Shown: piece by piece, positions 36,188-46,088 of the stretch
Layout: each line of letters starts with the position of its first letter
Numbering within the stretch: the first letter of the stretch is position 1
Origin: Micavibrio sp.
GTDB taxonomy: Bacteria; Pseudomonadota; Alphaproteobacteria; Micavibrionales; Micavibrionaceae
NCBI GenBank assembly: GCA_021604545.1
Contig: BQJE01000001.1
Location: 43,444 to 107,443 of the forward strand
Direction: 5' to 3'
DNA length: 64,000 nucleotides
The notes under the pieces: generated by a model
Databases searched by the model: none
What the model was told of the DNA's origin: nothing
What the model saw: the letters and a program-made list of their open reading frames with translations, nothing else
Translations under genes and position numbers: made by a program

Positions 36188-37165
36188 CTATGGGGCTATT
36201 GCATTGGGTTCGATGACGTAATGGATCATCAGGACAATGGCAACGGAAACACCGAGGCCAACCATCATTTTCACGAAGTCTTTGCCAATCAATGGAAACA
36301 CATAGCCGAAATGATATTTCTCGCGATAGGTCGTGGCGATGGCGAGCTCGCGTCCGGTCAGTAGGCCAACAAACACCCAGGTCGTCGACATTGGGATCGA
36401 GTTCATTTCTTTGAAATAGATCAGGATCATCGCGTAAACGCAGTCGATAATCGTTGCCGAGCGCATAAAGCGCGTGCCGGATTTTTCCAGCACGATCTTT
36501 TGAATCTTGCCGCCATGATTGTAAAAGATGACGCCGAGCCAGACGCATAACAAAGTGATGACGCCAAACAGCATTTCGGGCGATAATTTACGCGGCAGAT
36601 AAACCGCGATATTGGCCATGTCATGCGAGAGCCATGAAAACCATAGAAAGCCGGTTGATAGCCATTGCAGGGTGCGCCATGGCACGCGGTGTTTCTTTTG
36701 TACCTTGTCGTATTTTTCGTTCATAACACGTGAAACGATCATCCATAGTCCGTACGCGACAATGGCAGCAACGCCGTAGCCCATGATGCTTTTGACCAGC
36801 ATTTTTTCCAGTACCACGGTGGATGCAAACGCCGATAGAACGAGGAAGGTGGTTGAAACAGGAATACCTATTCTTGTGAGCGCGACAAGGATAAGCGGTG
36901 CGACGGCGTGGTACCACTGGATCTCCATATAGGGGATTTTGTCCAGACGGCCTTGCGAGATATCACCGTCATGCATGTACCAGCCATAGATCAGCGTTAA
37001 CGCCAGAACAGAGGAAGCCGCCAGCCACAGCCAGTACCATTTAAAAACTTTATGATTTGAGGCAATGAATGTGCCGAGTGTTTGCACCGAGTCATTGCCG
37101 ATAACCGAATAAGCCGCCAGAAAAAAACCAATCGCGGCATAGATAATATGAATGTCTATAGGCAT
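36188..37165 (-). CDS. Polytopic membrane protein, weakly PiT/PHO4-like
   Basis: It has ~9 hydrophobic helices. GNDSVQTLGTF resembles the GANDVAN motif of PiT transporters. The assignment is tentative. Confidence 0.35.
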   Translation of the reverse strand: MPIDIHIIYAAIGFFLAAYSVIGNDSVQTLGTFIASNHKVFKWYWLWLAASSVLALTLIYGWYMHDGDISQGRLDKIPYMEIQWYHAVAPLILVALTRIGIPVSTTFLVLSAFASTVVLEKMLVKSIMGYGVAAIVAYGLWMIVSRVMNEKYDKVQKKHRVPWRTLQWLSTGFLWFSWLSHDMANIAVYLPRKLSPEMLFGVITLLCVWLGVIFYNHGGKIQKIVLEKSGTRFMRSATIIDCVYAMILIYFKEMNSIPMSTTWVFVGLLTGRELAIATTYREKYHFGYVFPLIGKDFVKMMVGLGVSVAIVLMIHYVIEPNAIAP

Positions 37166-37274
37166 GTAATTTTCCCTCTATCCCTATGAATGTGCCGCTG
37201 TTCAGGTGCTTATAAAAAAAAGAACTCGGTAGGTAAATGCCTATGACGTATTTTTAATACGGTCTGTGGATAGT

Positions 37275-38528
37275 TTATGCCGCTTTGCTCTTCTTCCCGG
37301 ATTTGGCGGCTTTGGTGATCAACGTATGGGCCTTGAGCCTGATGGCGCTGATCTTGATAAAGCCTTCGGCATCTTTCTGGTCATAGCCGCCCTCGATATC
37401 CATAGAGGATTGGTCAGGATCATAAAGGGCAACCGGGCTGGTCCGGGCAATGGGGTAAGCAACACCCTTAAACAATTTCACTGTGACCGTGCCGTCGATC
37501 ATTTCCTGCGCCTTGTCCATGGCGGCCATCAGGAATTCCATTTCCGGCGAGAACCAGAAGCCATTATAAATTAGCTCTGCCACTTTAAGGGACAAGGTAT
37601 CTCTGAGGGACATAACCTCCCGATCCATGGTCAGGCCTTCGAGGTCTCTATGGGCGTTGTGTAGGATTGCGCCGCCGGGTGTTTCATAAACGCCGCGTGA
37701 TTTAATGCCGACAAAGCGATTTTCAACCATGTCCAGCCGTCCAATGCCGTGTTTTGTGCCGAGTTCATTGAGATATTGGAAGAGCGCGAGCGCGCCTGTT
37801 TTGCTGGTGCCGTCCGTTTTGTTTTCAACTTTAACCGGAATACCGTCTTTGAACGTGATAGCAATGATATCTGCTTTATCCGGTGCGTCTTCTTGTGAGG
37901 ACGTTCTTGAATAAACATCCTCCTCGGCTGGAGCGTTCGGGTCTTCCAATACGCCAGCTTCGTGCGAAATGTGTAGCAGATTGTCATCTTCCGAATAGGG
38001 TCTCTTATGGCTTGCGCTCACCGGAATGCTATGTTCTTCGGCAAAATTCAGCATGTCGTTGCGGCCTTTGAACCGATCTAAAAATTCCTGCATCTTCCAT
38101 GGGGCCAGAACTTTGATGTCGGGTTTGAGGGCGTAATAGGCTAGCTCAAACCGCACCTGATCGTTGCCTTTGCCAGTCGCGCCATGGGACACATATTCGG
38201 CGTTTTCTTTTTCGGCGATTTCAATTTGACGTTTGGAGATAATTGGCCTTGCTATGGATGTGCCGAGGAGATAGCGGCCTTCGTAAACGGCTTGAGATTT
38301 AAAGGCCGGAAAAATGTAATCGGTAACAAATTCCTCTTTCATATCCTCGATGTAAACGGCGCAGGCCCCAAGCCCTTCTGCTTTTTTCTTCGCGGCATCA
38401 AAGTCATCTTCCTGTCCGACATCGGCGATATAGGCGACCACGTCGTAACCCTCTTCGATCAACCATTTCAGGATAATCGAGGTATCAAGACCGCCGGAAT
38501 AGGCAAGAACGACTTTTGGTTTACTCAT
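37275..38528 (-). CDS. argG: Argininosuccinate synthase
   Basis: It has the motifs [24 protein letters not shown] and [23 protein letters not shown]. Confidence 0.96.
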   Translation of the reverse strand: MSKPKVVLAYSGGLDTSIILKWLIEEGYDVVAYIADVGQEDDFDAAKKKAEGLGACAVYIEDMKEEFVTDYIFPAFKSQAVYEGRYLLGTSIARPIISKRQIEIAEKENAEYVSHGATGKGNDQVRFELAYYALKPDIKVLAPWKMQEFLDRFKGRNDMLNFAEEHSIPVSASHKRPYSEDDNLLHISHEAGVLEDPNAPAEEDVYSRTSSQEDAPDKADIIAITFKDGIPVKVENKTDGTSKTGALALFQYLNELGTKHGIGRLDMVENRFVGIKSRGVYETPGGAILHNAHRDLEGLTMDREVMSLRDTLSLKVAELIYNGFWFSPEMEFLMAAMDKAQEMIDGTVTVKLFKGVAYPIARTSPVALYDPDQSSMDIEGGYDQKDAEGFIKISAIRLKAHTLITKAAKSGKKSKAA

Positions 38529-38542
38529 TTTTTATTCCTTTT

Positions 38543-38869
38543 CTAGACCGGAAATGACAGCGCAACCTTGAGGCCAACTAAAACCGCCACAATTTTTGCC
38601 AGTATGGCCAAGGCTTTATTGCCTTTGTAATTATCGGCAGATTTCCAGATGGGAATGACCATAAACCCGGCCCAGAGCAATGCCACCAGATTCAGGAGAA
38701 CAGCAAGCAGGCCACCCAGGGCAGTACCAAGAGTGTTTAGCACCAGGACGGGCACAAAGTAATAAAGCCAGAATACTTCGATGAGCCGGTATTTGCCTTT
38801 GATAAGATCATCGGCAGTCTCTCTCATGTCCTTCTTTTTTGTTTCTTGCTTTTTGTTTTTCTCGTTCAT
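38543..38869 (-). CDS. Small membrane protein, unknown function
   Basis: It is 108 aa with a basic N-terminus and three hydrophobic helices. It overlaps the upstream gene by 4 nt. Confidence 0.5.
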   Translation of the reverse strand: MNEKNKKQETKKKDMRETADDLIKGKYRLIEVFWLYYFVPVLVLNTLGTALGGLLAVLLNLVALLWAGFMVIPIWKSADNYKGNKALAILAKIVAVLVGLKVALSFPV

Positions 38870-39522
38870 GGTTCTTCCTCCTGCTGTTTTTCCCCTTGCG
38901 GTTTTTCAGTGTCAGGCTTCTTCCCCCCAAACAGTCTGAAAATAAAGCCAAAAATCTTTTTAATACCCCGCCATATTTTTGGCAACAGCCATATTGCCAA
39001 AAGGATAAACAATCCGAGCAGGCACAAGAAGATCCACGGGTGGGTGAGGGCGGTCCACACCCCACCAAGCACGATGAAATCCTCAGCAAAAGAGGCGGTC
39101 CAGTTGGTAACCGGCTCTGGCGAGGCGTTAATGATAACGCGGCTGCCTGCCTTGGTTGCGTGGGATGTGGCTGCCAGTCCGCCGCCAATAAGGGCGGAAG
39201 AGAGTTCAAGCACCGGGCCCAGACCTTCGGCCGCGCCGTAGGCCATGGCAATACCAGCCGGAATACGGATAAAAGTGTGGAGCCCATCCCATGCGGTATC
39301 AATGCCCGGGATTTTATCGGCAAAGAATTCAACACAAAACATAGCACCAGCGGCTATCATCACCATCGGATGAGCGACGTAGTCAATACCTTCAGGCAAA
39401 ACCACGGCCTCTGTGTTGTGCATGAAGCCCATGACCAGAATTGTGGCGTATAAATTAATGCCACTGGCCCAGGAGACACCAAGGGCTGTCGATATTTGCT
39501 GCACTGTTGCTTCTGGTGACAT
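38866..39522 (-). CDS. DUF4126-like membrane protein
   Basis: It has hydrophobic helices and a motif TKAGSRVIINASPEPVTNWTASFAEDF resembling DUF4126. This assignment is from memory of the family. Confidence 0.5.
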   Translation of the reverse strand: MSPEATVQQISTALGVSWASGINLYATILVMGFMHNTEAVVLPEGIDYVAHPMVMIAAGAMFCVEFFADKIPGIDTAWDGLHTFIRIPAGIAMAYGAAEGLGPVLELSSALIGGGLAATSHATKAGSRVIINASPEPVTNWTASFAEDFIVLGGVWTALTHPWIFLCLLGLFILLAIWLLPKIWRGIKKIFGFIFRLFGGKKPDTEKPQGEKQQEEEP

Positions 39523-39536
39523 TATTTTATTCCTTT

Positions 39537-40463
39537 CTACTCAGCCTCAAAATCAAAGCTATCTTGCACTAATACCCCGGCTTCTTCCAGGCACCAGGCA
39601 AGGATGGCTTTTTGCGCATGGAGCCGGTTTTCAGCTTCATCATATATGACGCAGGCCGGGCTGGCCAAAACATCGTCGGTGACTTCTTCATTTTGGTGTA
39701 TCGGCATGCAATGCATAAAAATAGCATTGTCTTTTGCTTTGGCCATGAGGCCAGCATTGACCTGGTGAGGCATGAATTTATCAATGTTTTTGCCTTCCTG
39801 ACCCATCGATGTCCAGGTGTCGGTGACAATGACATCAGCGCCCTGAGCAGCCTGCGACGCATCATTAACAAATGCTACATTGTCGTTGTTAACATTATCA
39901 GGCTGCAAATCCTTGGGGCAGGAAATAGCCAGGTCGAATCCCCATATTGGGGCTGCCTGGACAAAAGTGCGCGTGACATTATTGTAATCGCCAAACCAGG
40001 CAATTTTTTTTCCGCCCACCGAGCCGAGTTTTTCTTCAATCGTCATCAGATCGGCCATGATCTGGCAGGGGTGAGAGTGATCGGTGAGGCCATTGATAAC
40101 CGGAATGGATGTATAGCTTGCAAATTCACACAGTTTGTCATGATCGCTCATCCTGACCATGACAGCATCTACAAATCCTGAGACGACATTGGCGGTATCT
40201 TCAATGCTTTCGGCACCGCCGATCTGCATCTCTTCCATGTTCATGACGATGGTATGACCGCCGAGTTGCTTCATCGCCACTTCAAAACTCATCCGGGTTC
40301 TGGTCGAGCGTTTGTCAAACACCATAGCAAGTGAAAGACCCTGAAAAATCTGCGGCGGATTAAATTTTTGCTTTTTCAGCGCGTGCGCGTGCGACAGGAT
40401 CGCCTTTAAGGTTTCACCTGAAATGTCGTTCAAATCTAAAAAATGTCTGACGTTTTTACTCAT
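39537..40463 (-). CDS. argF: Ornithine carbamoyltransferase
   Basis: It has the motifs STRTR, HPCQIMAD, DTWTSMG and HCMP. Confidence 0.93.
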   Translation of the reverse strand: MSKNVRHFLDLNDISGETLKAILSHAHALKKQKFNPPQIFQGLSLAMVFDKRSTRTRMSFEVAMKQLGGHTIVMNMEEMQIGGAESIEDTANVVSGFVDAVMVRMSDHDKLCEFASYTSIPVINGLTDHSHPCQIMADLMTIEEKLGSVGGKKIAWFGDYNNVTRTFVQAAPIWGFDLAISCPKDLQPDNVNNDNVAFVNDASQAAQGADVIVTDTWTSMGQEGKNIDKFMPHQVNAGLMAKAKDNAIFMHCMPIHQNEEVTDDVLASPACVIYDEAENRLHAQKAILAWCLEEAGVLVQDSFDFEAE

Positions 40464-41662
40464 TAGTCTTCCTCTTTCAAGGTTTTGGCAATAATATCGA
40501 GCGCATTCTGGGCCTGTTCTTGTTCTATAATCAGAGGCGGTGAAATCCGTAGTGTTGCTTTGCCGGCTTGTGTTGCCATCAGGCCGTTACTCTGAAGAGC
40601 ATTAATGAGTTGCTTAATTTCGATGGTGGTGTCCATACCAAGCAGCAAACCCTGTCCTCTGATGTCCGTGATCTTGTTGGATTCGCGCTGTATCTCTTTC
40701 AGTCCCTCCATTATAAAATCACCCACTTTGTTGACGTTATCAAGAAAGCCGGGCTTCAGAATTTCACTGACAACCGTATGGGCAACAGCCGTGGCGAGGG
40801 GATTGCCACCGTAAGTCGTGCCGTGCGACCCGGCCGTCATATGTTTGGCAAAGCGGTCTTTTGCAACCATGGCACCAACCGGAAAGCCGCTGCCGATACC
40901 TTTGGCCAGCGTGGCTATGTCCGGCTCTACCCCAAAAGATTCGTAAGCAAAGAAAGTACCGATGCGACCCATGCCGACCTGAATCTCATCAAAGATCAGG
41001 GCGATATCATGCTCGTCACAAAGCGCCCGCAGCCCTTTCATAAATTCTTTTGTGGCCGGGTAGAGGCCGCCTTCGCCCTGTATAGGTTCCAGAATAATCG
41101 CCGCTGTTTTGTCACTGATAAAACCTTTGACGGAGTCCAGATTGTTAAGTTCGGCAAAATGGATGCCCGGTATATAGGGGCCAAAAAATGGTTGGCTGTG
41201 GCATTTTTCTGTGACGCTGGCCGCGCCATAGGTTCTGCCATGAAAGCTTTTTCTGAACGCAATAATTTCATTGCAGTGCTTGCCCTTTTCTTCATAGGCC
41301 CATTTGCGCGCAAGCTTTAGCGCAGCTTCGACTGACTCGGCGCCTGAGTTGGAAAAGTAAACTTTATCAAAGCATGAGTTCTCTACCAGAAGGCTGGCGC
41401 ATTTTAACTTTGGCTCTGTCATGTAGGAGGCTTGGCAGATCATAATTTTGCTAGCCTGTTCATTAATGGTCTTCAGAACAGCAGGGTGGGCATGGCCTAA
41501 CGAGGCGACAGCAAAGCCGATGGAACAATCGATATATTTATTGCCATCAGTATCCCAGGCATAGATTCCTTCGCCGCGATCGAGCACGAAAGGTTGCGCT
41601 TCATAATTCTGAATCAGAACCTTTGCCGATTCATCAATAATTTTTTGTGCTTTCTCGCTCAT
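40463..41662 (-). CDS. argD: Acetylornithine aminotransferase (class III PLP aminotransferase)
   Basis: It has the motifs SNSGAESVEAALKLARK, FDEIQVGMGRIG and TYGGNPLA, and sits in the arg operon. Confidence 0.9.
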   Translation of the reverse strand: MSEKAQKIIDESAKVLIQNYEAQPFVLDRGEGIYAWDTDGNKYIDCSIGFAVASLGHAHPAVLKTINEQASKIMICQASYMTEPKLKCASLLVENSCFDKVYFSNSGAESVEAALKLARKWAYEEKGKHCNEIIAFRKSFHGRTYGAASVTEKCHSQPFFGPYIPGIHFAELNNLDSVKGFISDKTAAIILEPIQGEGGLYPATKEFMKGLRALCDEHDIALIFDEIQVGMGRIGTFFAYESFGVEPDIATLAKGIGSGFPVGAMVAKDRFAKHMTAGSHGTTYGGNPLATAVAHTVVSEILKPGFLDNVNKVGDFIMEGLKEIQRESNKITDIRGQGLLLGMDTTIEIKQLINALQSNGLMATQAGKATLRISPPLIIEQEQAQNALDIIAKTLKEED

Positions 41663-41675
41663 GCGTTTGCTCCTT

Positions 41676-42587
41676 TTATGGTTTTTTGGCTATGGCTTTT
41701 TGAGCTTCTACTTCGTTCATGTAATTTTCCCGCTCAGATTCTTTAAACAGCATCGTGCCGGGGCCAACGGGCTCAAAGATTTCTTTGTACAACGCATTGT
41801 CCCGAAGGCCATTAATCAGGTGAATTCGTTTCACGCCAGCATCGAGAGCTTTAAGACAATTCTCCAGCTTTACCTGCATACCGCCAGTGGCTGTGCCGTC
41901 TTTGATGTAGCCGGGGATTTGTTCAGCCGTAATTGTGAAAGCGGTTTCTTCGTCGATTTCTACACCGTCAACATCGCTGAGGAAAATAAGCTTGTCAGCG
42001 CTAGCGCCGATCGCCAGCTCGGTGGCAATGGTATCAGCGTTGACATTACACAATGTTCCATCATCAGTCGTAACCATACACCCGCAGGCGACAAAGTTTG
42101 TGACTTTGAATAGCCGTGCAATGGCCCGTTTATTGGCGCCGCGTATGTCACCAACATAACCGTAATCAACTGGCTTTTTTGCCCGCAATTCAGCTCGCAG
42201 CCACTCATGCGGCACAGCATTAAAGGTGTAGCCCTCAAGGTTATTCCTGGCCATGCTTTCGTTGATACTTAAGGCGAGTGTGCCGCCAACGACTTCTTTC
42301 ATGAGTGCAAGCGTCTCGTCATCAGTGATGCGCCGCCCGTCTTTCTTTTTGATGCCGATGCCCCGTTTTTCGATGGCTTCATCCAGCGCACGGCCACCAC
42401 CATAAACCAGCAGGATCTTAATGCCATGGAAGCTGAGCTCTCTGATGTTGGCAATCAGATTGTCGAGCGCTTTCTGGTCTTCAATAATTTTACCACCGGC
42501 TTTGACAACAAAGAAATTGTCCCGGAACTTGCTTTCATAAAAAGCATTGATGAAGAAATTGGCCATTTTGTTTTTTTTGCTCATCAT
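41676..42587 (-). CDS. argB: Acetylglutamate kinase
   Basis: It has the amino-acid-kinase fold motifs (VVKAGGKII, LVYGGG, NVNADT) and lies between argC and argD. Confidence 0.82.
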   Translation of the reverse strand: MMSKKNKMANFFINAFYESKFRDNFFVVKAGGKIIEDQKALDNLIANIRELSFHGIKILLVYGGGRALDEAIEKRGIGIKKKDGRRITDDETLALMKEVVGGTLALSINESMARNNLEGYTFNAVPHEWLRAELRAKKPVDYGYVGDIRGANKRAIARLFKVTNFVACGCMVTTDDGTLCNVNADTIATELAIGASADKLIFLSDVDGVEIDEETAFTITAEQIPGYIKDGTATGGMQVKLENCLKALDAGVKRIHLINGLRDNALYKEIFEPVGPGTMLFKESERENYMNEVEAQKAIAKKP

Positions 42588-42593
42588 GTGCTC

Positions 42594-43619
42594 CTACGGG
42601 TAGACCGGACCTAAATTGCCCAGCCCTGCTGTTTCATCAAGTCCGAACATTAAGTTCATATTTTGTACGGCTGTACCGCCAGCGCCTTTGACCAGGTTAT
42701 CAAGAGCGCCTTGAATCATAATGATGCCCTGATTGCCTCCACCATAGGATAAATCTATGTAGTTAGAAGACACTATGTTGCTTAAAGAGACTTCTTTTTG
42801 CACCCGGACGAAGGGGCAAAATCCATATGTGTTCTCTATAAGCGTATCAATAGCATTTTGATCATAGTTTTCCTTTAGGGTCAGGAAGGCCTGCGCAAAT
42901 ATCCCCCGCGTAAAAGGCCCGGATGTAGGAACGAAATTGAGCTGTTCTTCAGTGATCCCGGCTGTCCTGATAATTTCCGGGATATGCCTGTGTGCATTGA
43001 TGTTATAACTCTTCATGTTGTGGTTTCTAATTGGATGATGCGTACCGTCACCAGGCGTTTTTCCGGCGCCGCTAGAGCCTGTTACAGCCATAATATCCGC
43101 ATGCTCAATCTGCCCTCTGAAGGGGTAGAGCATGAGTTGGGAGAGTAGGGCAAAACAGCCGGGATTTGCTACTGTCTCGGCGCTTTTAACGTCCTCTGCA
43201 TTAATTTCGGGCATGCCGTACACCACCTTATCAAGCAGTTCGGGATGGGCATGAGGAACGCCGTAATATTTAGTATAAGTTTCAGCATCATCCAGCCTGT
43301 AATCGGCTGATAAATCAATGATTTTGGTCTTGCCAATCAGTTCGGCAACCGCCACCTGGGCTGTCTTGTGAGGCAAGCATATAAATACAATGTCGCTATT
43401 AGTGGCAATTTCCTGAAGGTCTGTATCTGTGATCCTAAAGCCCAGATGTGCCAGATGCGGATAGACATCACCGATAGGCGTATTTTTGTGTTGCCGCGAC
43501 GTCAGATAGCCAATATCTACGTCTGGATGAGCTAGTAGCAGCCGCAACAGCTCTAACCCTGTATAGCCGGTAATACCGATAATTGATGCTTTGAGCTTTT
43601 TTGATTCTTCAGGCTGCAT
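42594..43619 (-). CDS. argC: N-acetyl-gamma-glutamyl-phosphate reductase
   Basis: The NAD-binding N-terminus is IIGITGYTGLELLRLL and the catalytic Cys sits in ANPGCFAL. Confidence 0.9.
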   Translation of the reverse strand: MQPEESKKLKASIIGITGYTGLELLRLLLAHPDVDIGYLTSRQHKNTPIGDVYPHLAHLGFRITDTDLQEIATNSDIVFICLPHKTAQVAVAELIGKTKIIDLSADYRLDDAETYTKYYGVPHAHPELLDKVVYGMPEINAEDVKSAETVANPGCFALLSQLMLYPFRGQIEHADIMAVTGSSGAGKTPGDGTHHPIRNHNMKSYNINAHRHIPEIIRTAGITEEQLNFVPTSGPFTRGIFAQAFLTLKENYDQNAIDTLIENTYGFCPFVRVQKEVSLSNIVSSNYIDLSYGGGNQGIIMIQGALDNLVKGAGGTAVQNMNLMFGLDETAGLGNLGPVYP

Positions 43620-44691
43620 AATCCACCGCCCATCTGGCTATGACAAGATTCAGCCACTCATTGTTCGGGTTAAAGGCATTGTACGTCAGCACATTCAAAT
43701 GTTCTTTGACGATATCCTGTCCGACCTGATTGTCAGTGATGGGGCCGCTGATGACATCGATCGGCAAGCCAATCTCGGCGCAGCCTTCGGCTAGTTTAAT
43801 GGCGCCAACCGGGTCACGGGCACAGCCGATATGCAGATAAACATCCTTCTGAATTTCAGCATCTTTTAAGATGGGCATGACGCCGTATTTACCCAAAAGC
43901 CCATCTCCGAATTCGATAATGATTGCATCCGGGTCTTTCTTGGACAGATGGTTAATCGCGCCTTTGGCCATATTCACAATGGTTTCATCATCAACATTGG
44001 CAGTGGACGTGATACCGGCATCGACAAAAGAAACGGCTTCATAAACGCCGTAATCCTCCATTTTGAAGAGGTCCCTTTGCGCGCCAACGCCAGTGAGCTT
44101 GGTCCCGGCCAGCTTCATACCCATCCGGGTGAGTGTCTTGGTGATTTCCACGGCCACAGTGGTTTTGCCGCTATCCATGGATGTGCCGGTGGTAATGATA
44201 AGAGGCACATGCTTTTTCAAGGTTTTCTCTGATTTGAACAAAGTCGCCTGGCCGATATTCAGCAGCTTGCCTTTTCTAGCGATGCCGCCCAGAACCCGTA
44301 TTCTTAACGGATCGCCGACTTCTTTGACGTTTGCGCTGGTGCATTCGCCAGCCACGCCGCCGAAGTTTAGCAAATGGATGACGTCTCCGGTTTTTAAGCT
44401 TTTCGGCAGCCGCCCGACAAAGCCTTTCAAGGCCATCCGCTCACCCAGTGCTACGGCAATAATATCGTCTTTCTTGAGCTTGGACATTCTTCCCGAGGGT
44501 AGTTCCAGCTCGTTATAGACGGATTTATCTTCAAGAACCTGCGCAGCCAGCACCGTTCCCATGTCACATGACAAATCGTCGGTGAGCGCTTCTTCATGTG
44601 TGAGCTCCAGGTTTTTGGTGACGGAGCTTATTTTATCAATCTGTATTTTCTTCATTGTTTTAAGTGCCTTATATTGGTCATGAGCATGCAA
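43609..44691 (-). CDS. Uncharacterised protein with a BioD/DUF1611-like P-loop domain, first gene of the arg operon
   Basis: LIITTGTSMDSGKTTVAVEITKTLTRMGMKLAGTKLTGVG resembles the GTDTxVGKT...G...KP..G loop of dethiobiotin-synthetase-like and DUF1611 proteins. It overlaps argC by 11 nt. The start may be MKKIQ at 44655. Confidence 0.45.
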   Translation of the reverse strand: MHAHDQYKALKTMKKIQIDKISSVTKNLELTHEEALTDDLSCDMGTVLAAQVLEDKSVYNELELPSGRMSKLKKDDIIAVALGERMALKGFVGRLPKSLKTGDVIHLLNFGGVAGECTSANVKEVGDPLRIRVLGGIARKGKLLNIGQATLFKSEKTLKKHVPLIITTGTSMDSGKTTVAVEITKTLTRMGMKLAGTKLTGVGAQRDLFKMEDYGVYEAVSFVDAGITSTANVDDETIVNMAKGAINHLSKKDPDAIIIEFGDGLLGKYGVMPILKDAEIQKDVYLHIGCARDPVGAIKLAEGCAEIGLPIDVISGPITDNQVGQDIVKEHLNVLTYNAFNPNNEWLNLVIARWAVDYAA

Positions 44692-44894
44692 TTGTTTAAC
44701 CGGCCTTGCAAGGGGCCAATGGGTTAAAACTCCGCTAAACGTTCAAATCATTAAAGTTGGAAAAATGACAATAGGAAATGGCCGCTTAACGGGGTGTTAG
44801 CGGGTACGTCGTCGGCTTGTAGGGGCCGGAATATGTACGTTTCCTTTGGTCATAGTGTGGAAAATGCCTGTAATCGGCTGTTTTGTCAAGATTA

Positions 44895-46088
44895 TTATTT
44901 TTCGAGCTTTAACGCCTCTTCGACCAGCGTCGCCCAATATTCGACGCCGAGCGGGATAATCTCATCATTGAAATCATATTGCGGGGTATGGAGACCCTGA
45001 TTGTGGTTGCTGTCCGGGTCGTTTTCGCCTTGCCCCATCATGATATAGCAGCCCGGCTTTTCCATGAGCATCGCGCCAAAATCTTCCGCGCCCATACAGG
45101 GGTCTATATCGGTATTGACATTGTCATCACCGACAATCTTGCGGGCGATGTTGGCGCAAAACTCTGTCGCCTCAGGTGTGTTGATGGTCGGATCGTAACC
45201 TTCGCCAAAAACGCATGTAGATGTAGCGCTGTGCATTTTGGCGATGTCCGAGGCTATCTCTTCAACACGTTTTTTGAGTTGTTGCCGCACTCCCGGGTCA
45301 AAGGTGCGAACTGTGCCCGACAGTTCTGCGCTTTCCGGGATGACGTTAAAGGCGCCTGTGCCGGCATTAAAATTAGTTACACTAATGACCGCCGGATCAA
45401 CCGGGGCAATGGAGCGGCTGACCAGCGTTTGCAAAGCGCTCACAATTTGCGCGCCAATGATTACAGGGTCGATCGTATGGTGAGGCATGGCGGCATGGCC
45501 GCCTTTGGCGTTGATGGTGATATTAAATCGATCGGCCGCCGCCATTACCGGTCCGGGCCGCATGGCAATCGTGCCGCGCGGCATCTCGGGCCAGTTATGC
45601 ATGCCGAAAACCTGATCGCAGGGGAATTTTTTAAACAGTCCCTCCTCAATCATGCGCATCGCGCCGCCAGCACCTTCTTCGGCGGGTTGAAAAATCAGAT
45701 GGACTGTGCCGTTAAAGTTTTTTGTGTCATTGAGATATTTCGCTGCACCCAGCAGCATCGCCGTATGACCATCATGGCCGCAGCCATGCATTTTTCCGGG
45801 AATTTTCGAATGCCAGTCTTTGTTGTGTTCTTCCTCGATATCCAGCGCATCCATATCGGCGCGTAAAGCTATGGTCCGCCCGGAGTCCGTTTTCTGCCCT
45901 TCAATCGTGGCAACGATGCCGGTTGTGGCGAGGCCGCGTTCAAAGGCAATGCCCCATTCGGTAAGCTTTTCAGCCACGAGATCACTAGCAAATTTTTCCT
46001 CAAAAGCTGTCTGTGGGTTTTCGTGCATCGACCGGCGATAGCCGGCGATTTCGTCTTTCATGGCGGTAATGGAGTTTGATTTCGTCAT
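44895..46088 (-). CDS. M20D-family amidohydrolase (N-acyl-amino-acid / hippurate hydrolase-like)
   Basis: It has the motifs HENPQTAFEE, RADMDAL, MHGCGHDGH and FQPAEEG. Its start overlaps the yejE stop by 4 nt. Confidence 0.85.
   Translation of the reverse strand: MTKSNSITAMKDEIAGYRRSMHENPQTAFEEKFASDLVAEKLTEWGIAFERGLATTGIVATIEGQKTDSGRTIALRADMDALDIEEEHNKDWHSKIPGKMHGCGHDGHTAMLLGAAKYLNDTKNFNGTVHLIFQPAEEGAGGAMRMIEEGLFKKFPCDQVFGMHNWPEMPRGTIAMRPGPVMAAADRFNITINAKGGHAAMPHHTIDPVIIGAQIVSALQTLVSRSIAPVDPAVISVTNFNAGTGAFNVIPESAELSGTVRTFDPGVRQQLKKRVEEIASDIAKMHSATSTCVFGEGYDPTINTPEATEFCANIARKIVGDDNVNTDIDPCMGAEDFGAMLMEKPGCYIMMGQGENDPDSNHNQGLHTPQYDFNDEIIPLGVEYWATLVEEALKLEK

Noticed and set aside
36153-36917. 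Minus-strand ORFs of 131, 65 and 98 aa overlapping the 325-aa membrane protein gene in other frames.
   Set aside because: They are Arg/Cys/His-rich out-of-frame products. The 325-aa frame yields regular hydrophobic helices.
38808-39347. A 179-aa minus-strand ORF and 131-204-aa plus-strand ORFs overlapping the DUF4126-like gene.
   Set aside because: They are Pro/Arg/Cys-rich alternative-frame translations with no motifs. The DUF4126-like frame gives coherent transmembrane helices and has a 4-nt coupling to the next gene.
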